A stretch of DNA of 64,000 nucleotides, taken from Escherichia coli phage NG_A1. The notes beneath the pieces are model-generated. The model was not told the DNA's origin. It ran no database searches and saw nothing but the letters and a program-made list of their open reading frames with translations. How positions within the stretch are numbered: position 1 is the first letter of the stretch; the number at the start of each line of letters is the position of its first letter. This document shows positions 37,511-47,056 of the stretch, piece after piece. The stretch lies in the sequence record LC788705.1. One strand, written 5' to 3'. A program made the translations under genes and the position numbers.

Positions 37511-39240
37511 ATGGTAACTAAAACAGTAATTCCTACGGATATTACAAAACTTAAAAATGAGTCACTTAACAAGAATAATAACTTAAGTGACTTAGCAGAC
37601 CGTGCAGCAGCATGGCTAAATGTGCGTCCTATTGGGTCCACCCCTCTTGCGGGGGACCCTGTTGGGGACTACGATGCTGCAACCAAACGTTGGGTAGAGA
37701 ATAAGATTAACACTGGTACAGTCGGCCCCACTATGAATGGTGTTATGAACTACGGCGTTGGTGATTTCCACCTTCGAGATAGTCGTGCATATATTCAACC
37801 ATACGAAGTCGTTTCTGACGGACAGCTTCTTAATAGGGCTGACTGGCCTGAACTTTGGGCGTATGCACAAATGGTTGGGGCTATAGATGATTCAGTTTGG
37901 TTAGGAGATAAATTCCAGCGCGGTAAGTACTCATCAGGTAATGGAACAACAACCTTTCGTGTTCCAGATAAGAATGGGGTGCAGGAGGGATCAATACGCG
38001 CTCTTTATGGCCGTGGAGATGGTGGGAATAGTGGTGCAAATGGGCAACTGTTCGAATCCGCTGCGCCTAATATTACAGGTTTTTCACCACATATGCCTCT
38101 CAAACCTATGCCCAGGCATTAGGACATACAGGTGGTTGCTTTAGTGCAAACAATAATGCGTTTCCTGACGGAAGAGGTGACGGAATCGCTCCAGGGTCTA
38201 CAGCTCTTGCTGGACGTTATAATACCTGCGACTTCAATGCCTCAATATCAAGTCCGATTTACGGGGCATCAACAGATGAGATTCTTACACGAAACTTTGT
38301 CGGCGTCTGGGTAATCCGTGCTTCTGGTGGGTTCGTGGCAGCAAATACATCATGGAGTGTTATTAACGCTGATAAAACAACCCCCGATTCAGGTGTTGTT
38401 GTTTCTGGTGGTAGTGTTAAATCTGAATATAAATCTCCCAGTGCAAGTGTAACAGCGGAACTAAAATCAAGTAAAGTAATTAATGGTGCATGGGGTGTTA
38501 GCTTAACTATAACAGATGATAGAGGGATCCCTGTAAGCATTAAGTATGACAGTAATGGTCAGTTTTCAACATCTCATAGGCCATCTGGAGTCGGTACTGG
38601 GAGTTCCTATACTCATTGCGCTTATCGCGCGCCAGACTGGTGGAATAACACAGCATATAGTGCCTTCGTACCAATTCTTGGAGGTGGTAGCGGTAATTCA
38701 CTAAAGAACTATAGATCTTTTGCTTGTTTTGGACAAATATCTTATCCTGATTCTAGTAATAGTTATCCTAGAGCTGCAATTGCTCAAGTAAGGGATTGGG
38801 CACTACCAGATGGTGAACAAGGTAACGGCAAGAGTATTACCGTGTTTACGTTTATTGATAATTCATTTGACCTTCAATATGGGTACAACGATGGTTCGCT
38901 AAACTATATTTTTTCAAAATCTCCAATTTGTGATGAAAGATTAAAGAAAAATATTGAATCCATTGATACTAATATTGCAATAAGTAATATTAAGCAGATG
39001 TCATATAAATCATACATCTATAAAAATGACGAGAATGAACAGGTGCGCCGTGGTTTTATAGCTCAGGATTTACAGAAAATAGATCCCCAATATGTACGGG
39101 AATATGGAGATCCTGGAAGAGAGAAAACGTTGGCCATTGATGAAAACGTTATGTTGCTTGATTCAGTTGCTGCGGTTAAGTGGCTTATTAATAAAGTTGA
39201 GGAGTTGCAAGAAGAAATAAATGTATTGAAAGCTAAGTAA
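37511..39240 (+). CDS. Second tail fibre protein with tail-collar-like domain and C-terminal intramolecular chaperone (S74-type) domain; reading frame interrupted by an apparent -1 frameshift at ~38070-38122
   Basis: Track ORFs 37511..38122 (frame 2) and 38335..39240 (frame 1); frame 1 is stop-free and start-less from 38071 and reads GASTDEILTRNFVGVWVIRASGG; C-terminal DERLKKNIESID...RRGFIAQDLQKIDPQYV chaperone-like. Confidence 0.5.
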
Positions 39241-39283
39241 AAGAAAACCCCAGAGGGATATCCCTCTGGGGTTTATTATTATT
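39241..39283. terminator. Bidirectional intrinsic terminator between convergent late and early modules
   Basis: 10-bp GC-rich stem CCCCAGAGGG-ATAT-CCCTCTGGGG flanked by an A-tract upstream and T-tract downstream. Confidence 0.85.
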
Positions 39284-39301
39284 ATTTATTTGATACGTAG
39301 A

Positions 39302-39748
39302 TTATTTACTTCCTGAGCTTCCAAAGCCGCCTTCTCCACGATTAGTCTCCCCTAGTTCGTCAACGATTTCAAAATTATGGGTTGAATAGTGGGGTAGTAC
39401 CACTAGCTGACAAAGTCTTTCAAAATTTTCCAAAGTTTGAATTTCAGAACCATAGTTGAACAGGTTCATCTTAATAGTTCCACGATAGTCTGAGTCGATC
39501 ACTCCTGCAGTATTTGCAATCATCAGATGGCGTTTACCTAAAGAGCTGCGTGGAACTACCAAACCGAACCAACCTCGCGGAATTTCCACCGCGACACCGG
39601 TGTCAATCATTAAGGATTTGCCTGGTGCAATAGCGCGTAAGTCTGCGGCAGGGTTAGTACCAAAGAATGCTCGCAGATCCATACCTGCGGCATCTTCGGA
39701 ACCAATCTTAGGCATACAATCTGGATGAGTTAATTTAATTTTAATCAT
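39302..39748 (-). CDS. dut: dUTPase (148 aa)
   Basis: Motifs AGMDLRA, PRSSLGKRH, GVIDSDYRG. Confidence 0.85.
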   Translation of the reverse strand: MIKIKLTHPDCMPKIGSEDAAGMDLRAFFGTNPAADLRAIAPGKSLMIDTGVAVEIPRGWFGLVVPRSSLGKRHLMIANTAGVIDSDYRGTIKMNLFNYGSEIQTLENFERLCQLVVLPHYSTHNFEIVDELGETNRGEGGFGSSGSK

Positions 39749-40620
39749 TGTTCTGCAATCTCCAAAATATCTTTTGTAAACTTATCTAATACATCTTGAC
39801 CTACAGCAGCAATAGCATCCACACAGTAGGTAGGTAAATCAACCAGAATTAGGTTTCGATAAAGCAATTCTTCCGAAGCATTTAAATTCTGTATATATTT
39901 CTGTTTTCCAGGCAGTGGAAGCTGCTCAATAATATCCAGAACGTTACCAAATTCACGAATAATGTTATACCCGCGTTTTGCCCCAATACCTTCAACACCA
40001 CGGATATTATCCCCTAAATCACCCATAATTGCTTTTAGAGAGATAAACTGCTCTACATCATCAACATTATGATGCTCATACATATCACGAAGATGGTATT
40101 CACGACGTGTTGTGAAAGAGAAACGAGAAACTTTATCTGTTAATAAAGTATCCCAGTCACCGTCTGTAGAGATTAACCAAACATGATCATATAGATGCCC
40201 GATCAGCTTAACAATATAAGCCGCCATATCATCTGCTTCTACACCACGAATAGTGAAAGTTGGGAATGTAGTTTCACACAATTCGAAAGCATCTTTCAAA
40301 TACTCGAAGAACTGCTCATCTAGTGCTTTCTCCTCTTCCGTACGCTGCGAGTATTTCTCATCTCGATTCCCCTTATACTCAGGGAGATGCTCTAAGCGGA
40401 ATGCAGACTTCCCTTTATCCCCTAAAACTATTGTAGTTCTAGCAGAATAAGATTTTGCTAGAGACTGAATAGTGGAAACATAACTTGAGGCAAATGGTTT
40501 TTTACTGTTGTTATGTTTGAAGCGAAAGCCTAAGTTAGTTCCATCGACAATCATTAGATTACGACGGGAAGCCATTTCAGCTTCCTCTTCTTCAATAAAT
40601 TTTCCCCAGGATTTACTCAT
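39745..40620 (-). CDS. Flap endonuclease / 5'-3' exonuclease, T5 D15-like (291 aa)
   Basis: N-terminal MIVDGTNLGFRF and acidic metal-binding motifs typical of FEN-family nucleases; 291 aa as for T5 exonuclease. Confidence 0.85.
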   Translation of the reverse strand: MSKSWGKFIEEEEAEMASRRNLMIVDGTNLGFRFKHNNSKKPFASSYVSTIQSLAKSYSARTTIVLGDKGKSAFRLEHLPEYKGNRDEKYSQRTEEEKALDEQFFEYLKDAFELCETTFPTFTIRGVEADDMAAYIVKLIGHLYDHVWLISTDGDWDTLLTDKVSRFSFTTRREYHLRDMYEHHNVDDVEQFISLKAIMGDLGDNIRGVEGIGAKRGYNIIREFGNVLDIIEQLPLPGKQKYIQNLNASEELLYRNLILVDLPTYCVDAIAAVGQDVLDKFTKDILEIAEQ

Positions 40621-41102
40621 TATTTAATTAAGTCCTCAACAGATGCATGATGTAGCCACGGCTCAAATAAACCAATTACGATTTCCATGTCTTTCTTATT
40701 TAACACCATATGGGTACGACTCATTAAGTTGTCAACCATCTGGTCTGAGCTATCCAAAGCTATTAACCACTGTCCTCTGTCTTTCTTGAATATTAATGCA
40801 GGTTTGGAGTTCATCTGCTCACCTTCACGTGAGCACTGCTGCCACCACTTCTCTAGAGTGGATTCACCAACATTAAATAAATTACTTGATAATGCGTCAT
40901 CTTTATACCACTTAACTTCGAAGCAGTATTTACTAATGTGTCCACTTTGTGGTGGAAGGTAGATGTCACCCTTCAATCCGTGGCTCTGGCCAAAAGCACC
41001 AGAACCAGGAACACGTTCCCACTCAAGACCCGTACGTTCACGTAAAATATCTCTTACCTGATATTCACCACGTTTACCTTTCTCTCTACTATCTACAGCC
41101 AT
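40620..41102 (-). CDS. Putative PD-(D/E)XK nuclease, Hjc/Holliday-junction-resolvase-like (160 aa)
   Basis: GKRGEYQVRDILR N-terminal helix followed by GDIYL...FEVKWYK (D...E.K pattern). Confidence 0.4.
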   Translation of the reverse strand: MAVDSREKGKRGEYQVRDILRERTGLEWERVPGSGAFGQSHGLKGDIYLPPQSGHISKYCFEVKWYKDDALSSNLFNVGESTLEKWWQQCSREGEQMNSKPALIFKKDRGQWLIALDSSDQMVDNLMSRTHMVLNKKDMEIVIGLFEPWLHHASVEDLIK

Positions 41103-41105
41103 GTT

Positions 41106-42944
41106 TTATTCTAAGTAGGAAAATCCTTCTGCATCTTTTTTGACAGTAATCTTATGAGCTAATGGATGCGTATGCCCATGAGAAACAATGATAGAATTTA
41201 GACTTTCTTCCTCATTTAATAGCTCAACGAGAGTATCAAGTCCTTTCGTATCAATAAAGCTAATTACTTCATCAAGGAATAGAAGATTAATATTAACTTT
41301 ACTAATAGATGTTAACAGCATCCGAATAGCTAACAGGGTTGCTAGATTAATTCGACTTTGCTGACCAGTAGAGCAGTTTTCCATACTGGTACGGTTTCCA
41401 TCATTGAAGATTACTACTTGTAATTTAGTTTCATCTAGTTCAAATCCAAGTGCGAATTTACCGCCAGTCATAATAGAAAGATATTTATTAATTAGCTCTT
41501 CAAATACTTTCACACTATGCTCTAGTTTATATCCAACCAGATTTTTCAATGCAGCAATTAGAATATCGAGATCAGCAACAGCTTCTGATACTCCATCCAG
41601 TTTGGAAGTAATCTCAGACATTTCTGCCTCAGCTTTCTCAATCTGTTCTAGTTTCGCCTTATATTTTGCATTGGCTAACTCAATATTTGCATTATGTTCT
41701 TTAGCAATTGCAACCTTAGAACGTCCATCAGCTATTTCCTGTTCTAATTGTCGGATTTGCACCTGTAGGATTTGCACATTGAGTTCTTCAAAAGAAGCAT
41801 CACTCATTGAATTTTTGAACTCGTCTCTAGCTACCACTGCCTTATCCAAAGCATCCTTTGCTCTAGTATACGCAACGTACTCAAGTTGTTCCTTCTTCAA
41901 CTGTTCTAGCTTAGCTTCAAGAGATTGCTTCTCTTTGAACAGAGGATCATATTCTACTCTAGCCATATCCATTGCTTTTTGAGCAGTAGTTGTATCCAGG
42001 TGAGTACCACAAGTAGGGCATTCAGTATTTGAAGCCTCTTGCTTGAACTTCTGATAACGTTTCTTAACTTCGCTCGCACGTGAGGTCACAATCGTTAGGT
42101 CACGCGTAACACTCGAGATCTCTTCATTTTGGTCGGTGGGCGCGGGCAAATTTTTGAAAGGTTCGAAAGATTGTTCGGCAACTTGTACAGCTTTGTCCAA
42201 ATTACGCAACTTAGTAATATTAGCCTCTTGAGACTTGGCTAATGCCGCCTTAATTTTCGATTCAGTAAGTTCTTGTGCTAATGGCTCTTCATCAAACTCC
42301 GGTACTTCTACAGGTTCCTGCAAAGTTCCTAGATTATTTTTCCCATTAAGGATTTTCGTAATTACAGCCATCTGGCCCTGCAAATTATTTAAGGTATTTG
42401 CTATTTCTTTACGGTCGGCCTTAATAGTTTCCGACATTTCTTTGTATTGCTCTTGATTGAACAAGTTAACAAGAAACGCTTTACGTGTTGCATCCGTTGC
42501 TTTTAGAAAGTCTAGGTTGGAACCCACTGATTGATAAATCAGTTTGGTGAATGTTTGAAAGTCACCACCCATAATCTCTTCAATCATCTTGTATGTTTGG
42601 GTTGCAGTATGCCCGCTAATATCTTCCCCATTCTTAATCAACGTTACTTTAGCAGTTGACTTGACAACTTTATGCAGCTCATACTCATCATCATCTTTTG
42701 AAAAGTAAGCGTGCATATCGTATTCTTTCTTGGGGGCATTCCAAGAGAATAATGCATCTTTCTTAATACCACGTGAGTTCTTGTTATAAAACAATTCCTC
42801 GATAACCGTAGCGATGGTGGATTTCCCTAGCCCATTGCCACCAATTAGTTGAGTAACGGGATTCTTATCGAAATGAATTACGATGTCCTTACCGTAAGAC
42901 ATAACGTTACTAAATTTTAGTGTCTTAATTGTAATCTTTGACAT
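41106..42944 (-). CDS. SbcC/Rad50-like ATPase (613 aa from ATG; track ORF extends to a GTG at 43025)
   Basis: N-terminal Walker A GGNGLGKST, long coiled-coil, C-terminal LFLDEVISFID Walker B. Confidence 0.8.
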   Translation of the reverse strand: MSKITIKTLKFSNVMSYGKDIVIHFDKNPVTQLIGGNGLGKSTIATVIEELFYNKNSRGIKKDALFSWNAPKKEYDMHAYFSKDDDEYELHKVVKSTAKVTLIKNGEDISGHTATQTYKMIEEIMGGDFQTFTKLIYQSVGSNLDFLKATDATRKAFLVNLFNQEQYKEMSETIKADRKEIANTLNNLQGQMAVITKILNGKNNLGTLQEPVEVPEFDEEPLAQELTESKIKAALAKSQEANITKLRNLDKAVQVAEQSFEPFKNLPAPTDQNEEISSVTRDLTIVTSRASEVKKRYQKFKQEASNTECPTCGTHLDTTTAQKAMDMARVEYDPLFKEKQSLEAKLEQLKKEQLEYVAYTRAKDALDKAVVARDEFKNSMSDASFEELNVQILQVQIRQLEQEIADGRSKVAIAKEHNANIELANAKYKAKLEQIEKAEAEMSEITSKLDGVSEAVADLDILIAALKNLVGYKLEHSVKVFEELINKYLSIMTGGKFALGFELDETKLQVVIFNDGNRTSMENCSTGQQSRINLATLLAIRMLLTSISKVNINLLFLDEVISFIDTKGLDTLVELLNEEESLNSIIVSHGHTHPLAHKITVKKDAEGFSYLE

Positions 42945-43902
42945 ATTTCGCAGCTCTAGCCAAGATTCTATCAATGTCGCCTTGAGATAGCTTCTCGACT
43001 TCACGGAAGTAAAGTTCAAGTTCACCTAACATATCAAGATCAACAAGATTTAACTTAGCGTCTTTAGTAACTCGATGGTTAATCTTCTTATCTAATAAAT
43101 CAGAGTCTTTGATAGACTTTAATTGAACAACGTCACCAGTAACTTCGTAGACTACACGATCATAATCACTAGGTTCCATCTCTTCACCAGCTCCGATTGT
43201 TTTACGAATCAGTTGTGGTAAATCACCTAGTTCAATCCATTCTACTTTTAATGTGTCGGTATCAATGATAAAGCAACCATTTGTACCTTTTGTGCGTTCT
43301 CTATGGAACGATGTAGTTAATGGAGATCCTGGGTAGAGAAGTCTAGTAGATCCGATAGTCTGGCTATTAGTATAAGAATGTAAATCGCCAGCAATTACAG
43401 TATCATAACAGTTGTACTTAGTTAGATCAATTTCTGGTTTTACATGTGGAGGGATTTCACCACGAACATGCGTGAAACATAGTTTTGATTCAGCAGGTTT
43501 CCACTTGGGTTTATGAATCTCATCATATGGGACAATATCAAATTCAGGGGAACGATATGGTTTGGTAATTACTTCCCATTTCCCACTAGTTACTTTATTA
43601 ATAACCCCCGCATAATGATATAGACATGAAATGGTTTTAGTTAACATTTCATGATTTCCAGTAAAGATTTTACCTGGATGGTCAAGTCTTGACATGAACT
43701 GTTCAAGCAGTTCTATTTCTTCTGACGACGGGTCGGCAACATCAAGTATATCACCACCAGCAATATGAAGATCACAGTTATGATTATGGAATATATCATT
43801 TAACCGTTCTCCTAGCATCAGGAAGCGACGCTTCTGCCATTCCTTTGGAACTTTATCTTGTCCTAGTTTGATATGATGATCAGCACTAAATAATATTCTC
43901 AT
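42925..43902 (-). CDS. SbcD/Mre11-like nuclease (325 aa)
   Basis: Calcineurin-like phosphoesterase motifs ADHH, GGDILD, GNHE. Confidence 0.8.
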   Translation of the reverse strand: MRILFSADHHIKLGQDKVPKEWQKRRFLMLGERLNDIFHNHNCDLHIAGGDILDVADPSSEEIELLEQFMSRLDHPGKIFTGNHEMLTKTISCLYHYAGVINKVTSGKWEVITKPYRSPEFDIVPYDEIHKPKWKPAESKLCFTHVRGEIPPHVKPEIDLTKYNCYDTVIAGDLHSYTNSQTIGSTRLLYPGSPLTTSFHRERTKGTNGCFIIDTDTLKVEWIELGDLPQLIRKTIGAGEEMEPSDYDRVVYEVTGDVVQLKSIKDSDLLDKKINHRVTKDAKLNLVDLDMLGELELYFREVEKLSQGDIDRILARAAKYVKDYN

Positions 43903-43938
43903 ATGTTAAAAAGAAAGGGGCCGAAGCCCCTCTATTTA

Positions 43939-44712
43939 TTAGTCGTCCAGATCACTTGCAGCTTCTTGGTCAATACCTTTCTGGGAGCCAGCATTGCTGT
44001 TACCAGATTTGGCATCATCATCTTTATTCTCACGACCTTCCATGAAGGCTTGAATTGCTTCTTTCTGCTCTTCATAGGTAGGAACCGGATAGGTTTGTTC
44101 CAGAGAAGGGACTTTCTCAAACTTAATGATGTCGCCATCTTCATCACACATAGCTTCACCAATCAGATCTACATCTGCAGCATATTGCTTAGATTCTGCA
44201 CTGTTAGGATCTTGCAGCTTAATCTGGAACTGCATAGCAGCAATCTGCTGTACATCATACTCAGTATCGAAACCTTTGCCTTTTTTCTCGATAGAAATAT
44301 CAATATCAAACGGAGTTGCCAGATTCAGCTGCTTCATGATAGACTGGATGCCTTTCAGAATAGTAGCTTTGACTTCCATTACTTTCAGTTTGTTATCAGA
44401 ACGGTCGATAACAAAAGCGATATAGTTTTTCTTCGGTTTCAGCGGAACGCGATTGCCATCTTTATCCAGCTCTTTCTCAAAGAAGCCCATCTCATGAACC
44501 GGATCAGCTTTACCACGAACAAAGCTCTCTTTGTCGCGGTTAAAACGGAGACATTCGAAAGGAGCTACGCTACCTTCTTTATTAGTCAGCCAATAGACAT
44601 AACGTGGAAGAACACCAGAAACGATACGAACACGAGTGATACCGTTGTTGAACTTCAGGAATTCGATTTTATCGTTAGAACCGCCAGTAGTTTCGCCCCA
44701 AGACTTAGCCAT
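43939..44712 (-). CDS. Putative ssDNA-binding/recombination protein with acidic C-terminal tail (257 aa)
   Basis: Highly expressed-type codon usage; C-terminal acidic tail ending DQEAASDLDD; function inferred. Confidence 0.4.
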   Translation of the reverse strand: MAKSWGETTGGSNDKIEFLKFNNGITRVRIVSGVLPRYVYWLTNKEGSVAPFECLRFNRDKESFVRGKADPVHEMGFFEKELDKDGNRVPLKPKKNYIAFVIDRSDNKLKVMEVKATILKGIQSIMKQLNLATPFDIDISIEKKGKGFDTEYDVQQIAAMQFQIKLQDPNSAESKQYAADVDLIGEAMCDEDGDIIKFEKVPSLEQTYPVPTYEEQKEAIQAFMEGRENKDDDAKSGNSNAGSQKGIDQEAASDLDD

Positions 44713-44989
44713 ATTTTATTTCCTCTTTAAAGATTAATTTCGATTTGTTAATTGCGATTAGTGGGTTAGTGTCGATTACTAAACGTGGTATCCATACTGG
44801 AACATATTGTATGTCCAAACTAGGATCGTTTGTAAACTTGTATTCGGCATAATTTCGTAGACTTAAAATTCCTAGATATTCTGCCAGTTGTCTATTAGAC
44901 AATTTATTTGGATTATCAATTATTGTTGATTCATTCAAAATGAATGAGGAACCGACCAATAATTGGTGAGCATCAGGCTCTGTAAGCAT
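44705..44989 (-). CDS. Hypothetical early protein (94 aa)
   Basis: ORF downstream of tandem early promoters. Confidence 0.45.
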   Translation of the reverse strand: MLTEPDAHQLLVGSSFILNESTIIDNPNKLSNRQLAEYLGILSLRNYAEYKFTNDPSLDIQYVPVWIPRLVIDTNPLIAINKSKLIFKEEIKYG

Positions 44990-45093
44990 TCTTTTGAATA
45001 GCTTAATAATTAGGTCGGAATTTCCTCTAGCTAGTAAGTATAGCTTTTCATAATCGAAGAATTTAATTTTTGTTTTCTCCTCGAATTTATGTA

Positions 45094-45123
45094 TATATTA
45101 TACTAGATTTCGAGAGAATTTAG
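45094..45123 (-). promoter_or_regulatory. Early sigma70-type promoter (TTGCTA-N18-TATAAT)
   Basis: -35 at 45118-45123, -10 at 45094-45099 on the minus strand. Confidence 0.6.
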
Positions 45124-45194
45124 CAACTAAAATTTTTATTTTTCTGCTTCGGACTTTCTTATCAATCCGAAACTTTCTCTCTCAAATTTATGTA

Positions 45195-45223
45195 TATATT
45201 ATACATCATTTATGAGCTGTTGC
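45195..45223 (-). promoter_or_regulatory. Early sigma70-type promoter (TTGGCA-N17-TATAAT), tandem with the promoter at 45094
   Basis: -35 at 45218-45223, -10 at 45195-45200 on the minus strand. Confidence 0.55.
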
Positions 45224-46562
45224 CAAATGCAATTTTAGCTAATTGAACTGCTTTCTCCGGAGTCATAGTAATAGTTTTCCACCCGTTGTTACGATACACT
45301 GCCATACGTCCAGAAGCCTGTCTTAGTCCAGTGCCACCTTTCATAATTAGATCTACAACAATAGGGTCGAGTTTGCCCTCGACAATACGTTGAACACGGC
45401 CTGCAAGCTGTTCAATGAGAGATTCATTATTAATGAGGCTTCCCATTATTAAACAAGACAGCTCATTAAGGGAAATGCCTTCAGAGAAGATACTTTGAGC
45501 TGCTGCAAGTACACAAGGCCCACCTTTTGCTATATCTTCCTGAATTTTTAATCGATCATCAAGTGGGGTTGCGCCAATAATCTCATAGATTATGACTCCT
45601 CGCTGAGATAATGCTTCTAGTACTGTTTGGATTAACTCTGTTCTATCACTTACAATGAGTACTTTATGTCCCATATTCACATATAAATGTGCTAGGTTTA
45701 TAATAGTCTCTCGATATTCGGGATGGTTATACACATCATTAGCACGTAATGCCCACGGTACGTTTTGGTTTCCTGATAGCTCAACAGGCACGGAGTACCT
45801 ATGGATTGTAGGTGCAACAGTATTATTAACCGGTGGGCTAAATATCTTATATCCAAAGAAATCTTTGAACATAACTTGTAAACCATCTTTTCGTTTTAGC
45901 GTACCGGATAGTCCAATTTTATAGCGAGCACATGATATTTCTAGGAAGTTAGTGAAAGTTGTAGCCACACAATGGTGAACTTCATCAACTATAACAGTAC
46001 CGAATACTTTAGAAAGATTATTCGCATGTTTATTCACTGTTTGAATATTACTGACCACAATTGGTGGATCAATATTGTATTTTCCAGAACCTATGATACC
46101 TGGTTCAAACCCAAACCATTTACGAACTTCTGCCGCCCACATTTCACGAATAGATGTGTTGGTACAAATTACCAAAGTTTTCTGGCCAAATTTATACGCA
46201 AGTGCCAGGGCTAGGATAGTTTTGCCAAATCCAGGCTTACCATTAATAATACAGGTATCATCGCACTCTTCATATATTGGGAGCTGGTCTTCTTCACGCA
46301 GCTTGAACTTAGGTCTTGGTATATCTACTGGAGCTAATGTGCGTTTATCGACTAATTCGTATTTTACTCCTTTAGCATCTAGTAAATCCAGACGCGTGAT
46401 AGGAATCCACTTAATCTCTTTGGCAACAACACCACTATTCTTATACATAATAGGGTATTTACTAGTCATTGTCTCAATGTGATAAGTGGTTTGTTTACTA
46501 CAATAATCCCAAAGTTCATCATCGGGCTTGAAATAGGCTTTATTAGATATAACAACCTTCAT
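45210..46562 (-). CDS. SF2 DEAD/DEAH-box DNA helicase, T5 D10-like (450 aa)
   Basis: Walker A GKPGFGKT, DEVH box VIVDEVHH, motif III SGT. Confidence 0.8.
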   Translation of the reverse strand: MKVVISNKAYFKPDDELWDYCSKQTTYHIETMTSKYPIMYKNSGVVAKEIKWIPITRLDLLDAKGVKYELVDKRTLAPVDIPRPKFKLREEDQLPIYEECDDTCIINGKPGFGKTILALALAYKFGQKTLVICTNTSIREMWAAEVRKWFGFEPGIIGSGKYNIDPPIVVSNIQTVNKHANNLSKVFGTVIVDEVHHCVATTFTNFLEISCARYKIGLSGTLKRKDGLQVMFKDFFGYKIFSPPVNNTVAPTIHRYSVPVELSGNQNVPWALRANDVYNHPEYRETIINLAHLYVNMGHKVLIVSDRTELIQTVLEALSQRGVIIYEIIGATPLDDRLKIQEDIAKGGPCVLAAAQSIFSEGISLNELSCLIMGSLINNESLIEQLAGRVQRIVEGKLDPIVVDLIMKGGTGLRQASGRMAVYRNNGWKTITMTPEKAVQLAKIAFGNSS

Positions 46563-47056
46563 AATTTTATTCTAAGTCTAGGAATTTCAGGCTCCTCTTG
46601 ATGGACTTGGTAAATAACAGGGCTATTATTTACCAGAATATAGCTTATATAAGCTGGAACATAGGATAATACAAATGGATATGGAACTTTAGCTACATAG
46701 CATTGGTATTTTCCGTTGTAAATTCTAGCTGAATGCAAAACTTTAGAGGTGACAACATCATAAAACGTAGTTTTCTTCCAGTTAATAAGATTTCCATCAG
46801 AATCTATAAATTGGCTACGCTTTGACCCAACTAATTGAGACAACATGGATATTCTGCCCCTAATAGGATAGAGCTTATATGGTAATTCTTTCCGTTTCTC
46901 AAATAGAATAAGCCTACGTTGAGAAAAAGTGCCAGGCAACTTCCTGTTATCTAGTACATATTTATTATATCTTGTTGTAATTACGGAATAATCACCTTCT
47001 TGCTCAATTGATACAAAAGCCCGTAAAGCATATACGGGCAATTTGAAATCAAGCAC
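46559..47056 (-). CDS. Hypothetical early protein (165 aa)
   Basis: ORF with overlapping stop/start between helicase and polymerase genes. Confidence 0.45.
   Translation of the reverse strand: MLDFKLPVYALRAFVSIEQEGDYSVITTRYNKYVLDNRKLPGTFSQRRLILFEKRKELPYKLYPIRGRISMLSQLVGSKRSQFIDSDGNLINWKKTTFYDVVTSKVLHSARIYNGKYQCYVAKVPYPFVLSYVPAYISYILVNNSPVIYQVHQEEPEIPRLRIKL

Noticed and set aside
38132-38314. 60-aa ORF between the two parts of the second tail-fibre gene
   Set aside because: GTG-initiated, non-protein-like sequence; the overlapping frame 1 carries the real fibre coding sequence.
41106-43025. N-terminal extensions from GTG/TTG starts in the ORF track (also 51084..52607 and 58597..61464)
   Set aside because: Internal ATGs with good Shine-Dalgarno sequences give N-termini that begin directly at conserved motifs; the extensions are probably not translated.
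43903-44730. 275-aa plus-strand ORF
   Set aside because: It is antisense to a well-supported minus-strand gene with optimised codons; its translation is Phe/Leu/Ile-rich low-complexity, typical of a shadow ORF.
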